Positions 44,919 to 50,626 of a DNA stretch of 50,626 nt are shown one piece after another. The first letter of the stretch is position 1. Every line of letters begins with the position of its first letter. The notes under the pieces are model-generated. The model was not told the origin of the DNA, did no database searches, and worked only from the letters and a program-made list of their open reading frames with translations. The DNA is from Polyangiales bacterium (lineage in GTDB: Bacteria > Myxococcota_A > Polyangia > Polyangiales > Houyiibacteriaceae): contig JBGCFM010000129.1 of the NCBI GenBank assembly GCA_045106895.1, forward strand, positions 1 through 50,626, given 5' to 3'. A program made the translations under genes and the position numbers.

Positions 44919-45206
44919 ATGGCCATGACCAAGACCAAGAACATCCTCCTCAGCCTCGTCGCCCTCGCCGCCTTTGCTGCGCCTTCCATGGCCGAAGCCC
45001 GATGCTTCGCCTTCCGCGGCCAAGACGTCCGCGTCTGCGTCGAAGGAAGCAACGGCGATGCACGTCGCCAGGCGACCTCCGTATGCGAAGACGTCACCGG
45101 CGGTTCCTGCAGCATCTCCGGAGATAGCGGTGAATGCCGCCGGTCCAGCTCCGTGCGCTGCTACGACGCGAGCGGCAGCGAGCAGAGCCACATCAACCCC
45201 GACTGA
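44919..45206 (+). CDS. Small secreted six-cysteine protein
   Basis: Purine-rich RBS, signal peptide AEA|R, mature part about 68 aa with six Cys. Confidence 0.75.
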   Translation: MAMTKTKNILLSLVALAAFAAPSMAEARCFAFRGQDVRVCVEGSNGDARRQATSVCEDVTGGSCSISGDSGECRRSSSVRCYDASGSEQSHINPD

Positions 45207-45208
45207 CT

Positions 45209-46543
45209 TTAGGGCTCGGCGGGCGCCTCACTCGTCTCACTCGTGGGGGGCTCGCTCTTTTTCACGGTGCGTCGATCCTTCCAGAGCTCGCGGAGCGTTC
45301 GCCAGATAAGAAAGAGCAGGAACGCGGCATAGGCGAGGGTGCCCCACGGCGTCCCGCGCTCATAGGGGGTGCCTTGGACTTCAGGGCCGTCCCAGCGCTT
45401 CGCCGTGGTGGCGTGAAAGAGAATCGCTTCGCCAAGCATCGGCGCGAGCCAGTAGGAGCGGCCCACACCGAGCATGTTCGGTGCGCCTGCCGTCGCGGCG
45501 GTCTGCATGAGGCGCTGGTAGGTCTGACTGTCGCCCTGCAGACGCGCGGCGCCGAGGGCGAGGCCCGTCGCGGCGACGCCCATGCCAAGCACGATGGGAC
45601 CACTGTCGGCATTGGTCTCCCCGTCGACGCCCGGCGCGTACTCGCGAAATCCGCTGAGGCCTGCGACTTCGATGGCGTAGTGCGCGCGGTAAGTTTCGTA
45701 GAGAACGCGGGCCTCTTCCGGCGCGAACTGCGGCATGTAGAACGACGTCCACGAGAGGGCGCAGCCGCGTGCGTGTGCCGCGTGGGGATATTCGTCGTCG
45801 AGGCACGAGCGGTGAAGTCCATGCTCGGCGAGGTTTTCCGGGAGCGCCATTGTCCGAAGCCAGACCTCGATGGGCTCTTGGGCCAGCTGAGTGTCGTGGG
45901 TGAGGTCGTAGAGATGGAGAGACGCGAGGGTGGCGGCTTGGTCCGCCGGGAAGCGTTCGGAGTGGGGGAAGCTCCGGGCGTGGGCGATGTGGGACGTCAG
46001 CGAGCGCTCACGAACGTGGGCGTTGATGCGCGCGTGAAACGCGTCGTCGCTGGCTTCGCGCCCGCAGGCCATGCGCCGAGCGCCGAGGACAAGAGAGAGG
46101 TGGGTGAGGTAGAGGTTGTAGTCTTCGAAGCGCCCGACGTCGCGTGGGTCGCGTTCGTAGGGGGAGACGCGGGAGTCGAAGGCGCGTTCCGCGACGCGAT
46201 CAAGGGATTCACATGCGCGCCCTTGAAGGTCGGGGGAAGCCCGCGCGACGTTGAGAAACCCAAGGGCGGAGTGTGAGAGCAAGATGATGGAGAACTGTGG
46301 CGTAAGGACGCTGTATTGGGAGTAACCGGAGAAGTCCTCGGCAAAGTGCGCCTCCATCGCGTCGAAATGCGCGCGGCCTCTGGGCGGAAGCGATTCATTG
46401 AGGTCGTCACCGTAGGATGCCGTGAGAGCCTCTAAGGGACCGCAGGTGAGCGCCACCAGACCGAGCACCCACACAGCACGCAGCGAGCGGAGAGCTACGC
46501 TGGAAGCGGATGAGGGTGGAGAGACGGGCGAAGCGGCGCTCAT
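45209..46543 (-). CDS. Linalool dehydratase/isomerase-like (alpha/alpha)6-barrel membrane-anchored protein
   Basis: SFP..RFPADQ, ARGCALSW..FYMP, GFREY...DSGPIVLGMGVAATG, LGEAILF; hydrophobic segments at both ends. Confidence 0.6.
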   Translation of the reverse strand: MSAASPVSPPSSASSVALRSLRAVWVLGLVALTCGPLEALTASYGDDLNESLPPRGRAHFDAMEAHFAEDFSGYSQYSVLTPQFSIILLSHSALGFLNVARASPDLQGRACESLDRVAERAFDSRVSPYERDPRDVGRFEDYNLYLTHLSLVLGARRMACGREASDDAFHARINAHVRERSLTSHIAHARSFPHSERFPADQAATLASLHLYDLTHDTQLAQEPIEVWLRTMALPENLAEHGLHRSCLDDEYPHAAHARGCALSWTSFYMPQFAPEEARVLYETYRAHYAIEVAGLSGFREYAPGVDGETNADSGPIVLGMGVAATGLALGAARLQGDSQTYQRLMQTAATAGAPNMLGVGRSYWLAPMLGEAILFHATTAKRWDGPEVQGTPYERGTPWGTLAYAAFLLFLIWRTLRELWKDRRTVKKSEPPTSETSEAPAEP

Positions 46544-46664
46544 GGATTCCCCGTATCAACGGCGGCTGCGGCGGATACTATTTCATCGGCATCCGTTTTG
46601 TGCTGGGTGGATTGCACTCTTCACTGGCTACCACGTGCAGCGCCGCCTTGGCATATAGTGCGCT

Positions 46665-49600
46665 GTGCCTATTCCATGGACCGACAAAGAAAAGAAATCC
46701 CTGCAGCCGACACGCGCCTTTGGTGCGGTGGCTCCGAGCGCTCGCTCTCTCAAGAAGCTGCGCAAGGTCTTTGCGGCGACGGGCCACAGCCGAGACAGGC
46801 TCGTCACCTTTCAAAAAGGAGTGACGACGAACGTCGAGCCGGAGCTGGCGCCGCTGCGCGCTGCGGCGCTGAAGCTCATCGAAGACGTCGACCTGGATGC
46901 GATCAAGCGGGCGAGCTTGGAAGAACTCGCTGCGGCGGAAGCCATGTTTGCCCTGGGCTATGGGTTCGCGACGCTGACGGACGCCGTCGTCCTCGCCCGT
47001 GGCGTGGCCGATGCGGTGACGATGCGGATCCACAGCGAGCGCTTTGGCGTTGCTGCGGAACCCAACTGGACCGTCGCGACCTTCCTCACCTCGACGCCGA
47101 GGCCGAACCGCCGTGTCGACCCGCGCTATTGGCTGCCGCTCCGCCACGCCCTCTGTACGGCGTCGCCTGACGACTACGCCGCTGCGAAGAAGGTGGTCAC
47201 GGACGCCTGGGAGGAATTCACCGTCGAGCAGCGTGCGCACCTGGCCTACGCCTTTCCCGACGAACCTTGGGGCACGGAGATTCTGAGTTCACCTGCCGCA
47301 GCGGCGACGACGCGCGGGGCCTTCGCCGGCATGCCCAATCAGGTCCACGCTTTCGGGTTCCTTCTGAGCACGTGCTCGGACGCCGAAGTCGCCAAAGCGT
47401 ACTTTGAGCAAGGCGGAAGCTATTGGGTGAGTACGTCCGCGCTGGAGCTCGCGGTGCTGCTTCCCAGAAAGGACGCGGCGGAACTCTTCATGGACGCCAT
47501 CCCGCCGCTGCTTATCAAGAAGAAGTACCAGACCTTCCACAAGACCCCACCACGCAAGGTATTCGCCGCGCTCATGAAACTCGACGATGAGCGCGTGCCG
47601 GCGTTCGTCGCTTCTTATGTCGGGCACAAGGTTCTTGGGGCCCAGGCGGCGCTCTACTTTCAGGAGTGCCCCGAAGTTCGTGACGTCCTCGCCAAGGGGA
47701 ATGCATCCGCGCAGAGCCTGCTGGCGTCCCTTGGGCAGATCGCAGCCGATGACACGGAGGCGGCGGCCAAGTCCGATGTCCCCGCACTCTTACGCGGGCA
47801 CGCTTGGCGCAGACCCAAAGCGCGGAAGAAGTCCGCGCCGGCCCTCGCGCTGACCATCGCTGCGTCCGGTGAAGAGCGCGTGAACTTGCCTGCGGGAGTG
47901 CACCCGTTGAGCCGGGGCCCCCAGAAGCTCAAGCCCCTCGCGGGGGAAGAGCTAGAGAAGTGGCGGAAGAGCATTCTCGGAGGGCGCTCGCCCGTTGATT
48001 CAACCTACGTCGGAAGAAACTACCGCGTGCACTACTCGCTGCCGCCGGATGAAGCCGTCGCCGCTTGGAACGAAGGTCGCGGCTACATCAACGATGTTCT
48101 GCGCTTCATTGCCGAGCACGGTCTCGCTTGCGTGCCGGGTTTTACCAAGGACCGGCGACTGAATTACCTCGACTACGAGGGCGCTGAAGACTGGATCCTC
48201 GCCTATGAGTGTTTCGACTCGCCACGGGTGGCACCGCTCTGGGCGCGGGTCTTCTCTGGACGAAAGAAATGGCGAGCGGCGGCCCGCCGCTGGCTTCGCG
48301 CGGATGCGCGCCGCGCCGCGGACGGTCTCGTGCCGGCGGCCTTCGGAGCGAAGGGACGCGACAAGCGGGACGCCGAGGCGGCACTTCGCGAGCTGGTGAC
48401 GGCCGGCGAGCACGACGCCCTCCGGGCGGCGGCGGCGGCCCACGGCGACAAAGCGCAGGCAGCGATGGATGCGTTCCTCGCGCGCGATCCCCTCGTCATC
48501 GACGCCAAGGCGCCGAAGCTTCCTGCGTTTTTGAACACGAAGCAGCTACCGCCGCTTCTTGTCGGCGGGAAGCACCTTGGCGATGAACACCGTGCGGCCT
48601 TCATCGAGTTGCTCTCCGTGGCGGAGGCGGACTACCCCGGCTACGCCCAGCTGCGTGAGAGCGTGGATGCATCGAGCCTAGAGAGCTTTGTCCTGGCGCT
48701 CCTCGACATGTGGGCACGTCAAGGCGGCCCAGGAAGGCACGACTGGATGCTCCGCGCAACGCTGACGTTTCCGTCGAAGCCGGTGATCCGTGCGCTCTGT
48801 GACCATGCGCGGGCCTGGGCTCGAAGCAAAGGCGCGGCGGCTCAGCGCGCCTGCGCGGCGCTCGCGCACCTCGGAGCCGTCGAGGAGAGTGACGCCGCAG
48901 CGCTTCATCTGGCACACATCGCCGCGACGACACGTTTCGTGGCGCTGCGCCGAGAAGCAGCCGAGCACCTTGAGTCCATCGCCGCGGCACGAGGTCTGAC
49001 ACGTGACGAACTTGATGATCGAAGCACGCCGGACCTTGGCCTCGACGAGCGCGGGGAGCTGAGTCTTTCCTTCGGCGACGTCCACTTGAAGGTTCAGCCC
49101 ACGGAGAGCCTTGGCGTTGTCCTACGAAAAGACGACGAGGTGCTTCGTTCCTTTCCGCGCATCGCTAAGTCCGCCGGCGACGACGAGAAGGACGCCCGCA
49201 AAAAGGCGAAGGCCCGCTACGACGCTTTTAAGAAAGACCTCGGCGCCATCAGCAAGCGGCAGCTTCAGCGTCTCGAGAACTCGATGTCCAGCGGCCGCGC
49301 CTGGCCGATGGCCGACGCGACGCGCTACTTCTTTGAGCACCCCCTAGCGCAGCACTTGGCGCGCGGCCTCGTGTGGATCAGTGAAGAGGGCGTTGCGTTT
49401 CGACTGACCCGCGATGGAACCTTCGCGGACTCTGCCGACGACGAAGTGACCGCCGCCGGCGCGGTCCGTATCGCGCATGTTCTCGAACTGGGGCAGAAAG
49501 ACGCCGAGGCTTGGGCCGGTATCTTCTCGGACTACGAGATCATTCAGCCTATCTTGCAGCTAGCTCGTCCGACGGACGCCTTGACGAAGGCGGAGACAAA

Positions 49601-49886
49601 GAGCGGCGAGGTGAAGCGTTTCGCGGGGACCCAGATCAAGGCCGCGAAGGTCCTCGGTTTCCTCGAAAGCCGAGGTTGGCAACGCGACTCGAACAACCAC
49701 GTGAGCTCTTTCTCGAGGAGAGGGCGCGATGGTGCCGTCTTCAAGTTGCGCCTCGAGGGCTCCATCGAGATGGACTACCTATCCAGTGGGGAGAAGGTCG
49801 GCGTTGGAATGTTGAGCACCCAAGGCGCGGCGTCTGCTGTGAGCGCGAGCGAGGTGCTCTACGATCTTAGTTCGCTCTGCGGGTGA
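46665..49886 (+). CDS. DUF4132-domain protein
   Basis: LTRDELDDRSTPDLGLDERG, QLQRLENSM..GRAW, HPLAQHLARGLVW, FSDYEIIQPILQLAR, ASEVLYDL. Confidence 0.85.
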   Translation: MPIPWTDKEKKSLQPTRAFGAVAPSARSLKKLRKVFAATGHSRDRLVTFQKGVTTNVEPELAPLRAAALKLIEDVDLDAIKRASLEELAAAEAMFALGYGFATLTDAVVLARGVADAVTMRIHSERFGVAAEPNWTVATFLTSTPRPNRRVDPRYWLPLRHALCTASPDDYAAAKKVVTDAWEEFTVEQRAHLAYAFPDEPWGTEILSSPAAAATTRGAFAGMPNQVHAFGFLLSTCSDAEVAKAYFEQGGSYWVSTSALELAVLLPRKDAAELFMDAIPPLLIKKKYQTFHKTPPRKVFAALMKLDDERVPAFVASYVGHKVLGAQAALYFQECPEVRDVLAKGNASAQSLLASLGQIAADDTEAAAKSDVPALLRGHAWRRPKARKKSAPALALTIAASGEERVNLPAGVHPLSRGPQKLKPLAGEELEKWRKSILGGRSPVDSTYVGRNYRVHYSLPPDEAVAAWNEGRGYINDVLRFIAEHGLACVPGFTKDRRLNYLDYEGAEDWILAYECFDSPRVAPLWARVFSGRKKWRAAARRWLRADARRAADGLVPAAFGAKGRDKRDAEAALRELVTAGEHDALRAAAAAHGDKAQAAMDAFLARDPLVIDAKAPKLPAFLNTKQLPPLLVGGKHLGDEHRAAFIELLSVAEADYPGYAQLRESVDASSLESFVLALLDMWARQGGPGRHDWMLRATLTFPSKPVIRALCDHARAWARSKGAAAQRACAALAHLGAVEESDAAALHLAHIAATTRFVALRREAAEHLESIAAARGLTRDELDDRSTPDLGLDERGELSLSFGDVHLKVQPTESLGVVLRKDDEVLRSFPRIAKSAGDDEKDARKKAKARYDAFKKDLGAISKRQLQRLENSMSSGRAWPMADATRYFFEHPLAQHLARGLVWISEEGVAFRLTRDGTFADSADDEVTAAGAVRIAHVLELGQKDAEAWAGIFSDYEIIQPILQLARPTDALTKAETKSGEVKRFAGTQIKAAKVLGFLESRGWQRDSNNHVSSFSRRGRDGAVFKLRLEGSIEMDYLSSGEKVGVGMLSTQGAASAVSASEVLYDLSSLCG

Positions 49887-49941
49887 CTTGAAGATGGTCG
49901 AAGGAGTCACGCGATGAATGATGCCGCAGACATTGGGCTCA

Positions 49942-49998
49942 CGCCGCTGCTCGACTCGCCAGGGCTTTCACTGGCGAGGCTTACTATGAGCGGCGGCG
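49942..49998. terminator. Nested stem-loop between convergent genes
   Basis: Outer CGCCGCTGCTC/GAGCGGCGGCG enclosing inner CTCGCCAG/CTGGCGAG (49955-49978). Confidence 0.4.
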
Positions 49999-50011
49999 CC
50001 GCTCGACGTCT

Positions 50012-50491
50012 CTACCGGCCGCGTTCGCCGGAGTCCGCCGAACCGAAACGTGCCTCCCAAGCTGAGATGTCTGCGTTGGCGTCGCCGAAACCTCCGGCGC
50101 GTTTGTCGCGGCTGAGCCAAAGACTGCCTCCAAGAAAACTCATTGCGCTGAGCCAACCTGCTGTGCGGCGACTGGAGGCTCCCGCCATGCTTGCTCCGGC
50201 GACGGCGTTGCGCGTCAGGTACGGACTCACGCCGGCGAGCAGTAAGTCTCGCGCAACGACGGCGCCTGAGTCTCCATTCTTTAGACTCACCTTCGCGCTC
50301 GCGAGGAGCCTATCCTGTTCCCTTGCGTTGATCGACTGGAGCTTGTTGCTCGCCATCCAATAACGGTCCGCGTCAAAGGACGAGACGCAGGCTGCACTGC
50401 AACATCCGCGCTGGCCGAGCGCCGACTCCCAGGAGTTCGCATAGAGCGTTTGGGTCTCATCGAGCGTGCCGCCACAAACCACACAGAGCAT
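50012..50491 (-). CDS. Hypothetical protein with N-terminal TRASH/treble-clef-like Cys motif
   Basis: CVVC-x23-CCSAAC followed by a helical region. Confidence 0.6.
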   Translation of the reverse strand: MLCVVCGGTLDETQTLYANSWESALGQRGCCSAACVSSFDADRYWMASNKLQSINAREQDRLLASAKVSLKNGDSGAVVARDLLLAGVSPYLTRNAVAGASMAGASSRRTAGWLSAMSFLGGSLWLSRDKRAGGFGDANADISAWEARFGSADSGERGR

Positions 50492-50531
50492 AGGCGATTA
50501 GACTTAGCACAGGCGCCGAATATCGATGTGT

Positions 50532-50626
50532 CTACTGCTCCTTCTGAGGAACCCCGTCGGCGATCTCGTAGTAGTCGCCTTTGTCCGCCACGAAGATGTG
50601 CACGCCGAGTTTGGTTTCCGTGGGCG
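50532..50626 (-). CDS. C-terminus of a GFA/CENP-V-family protein; truncated at right edge
   Basis: Hand translation PTETKLGVHIFVADKGDYYEIADGVPQKEQ*; not in the ORF track. Confidence 0.8.
   Translation of the reverse strand, partial: PTETKLGVHIFVADKGDYYEIADGVPQKEQ

Noticed and set aside
49914..50363. 149-aa plus-strand ORF with AAGGAG upstream
   Set aside because: Mostly antisense to the Cys-motif gene, starts across a stem-loop, and has low-complexity S/A/L/R composition.
1..50626. Prophage, IS, integron, secondary-metabolite cluster or known defence system
   Set aside because: No integrase, transposase, phage structural, PKS/NRPS or recognisable nuclease motifs found by eye.

Overview
GC-rich bacterial chromosome segment, probably Myxococcota (Polyangiales/Sandaracinaceae-like). 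This is inferred from the PEGA, IgGFc-binding, Cys-rich and 'C-GDDD' lipoproteins and was not checked by search. It holds about 47 CDS, partial at both edges. Housekeeping or metabolic genes: a lone gcvPB, an ArsA-like ATPase, an Rsm22-like methyltransferase, ccmC-ccmD, acyl-CoA dehydrogenase, rarA, an APH-family kinase, acyl-CoA synthetase and TerC. These are interleaved with many envelope or secreted proteins, a divergent TetR/Ntn-acylase pair with a visible operator palindrome, an Ldi-like protein and a DUF4132 protein. I found no tRNA, rRNA, CRISPR array, transposase or integrase, and no single unmistakable new system. Best leads: (1) a translationally coupled TPR-membrane protein plus modular disintegrin/lamin-tail lipoprotein; (2) a Fam20C-like lipoprotein kinase; (3) a recurrent acidic C-G-D-D lipoprotein N-terminal signal; (4) a convergent pseudo-histidine-kinase/pseudo-receiver pair. 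All family calls come from motif recognition by eye, and several starts were moved from the ORF track to more plausible codons.
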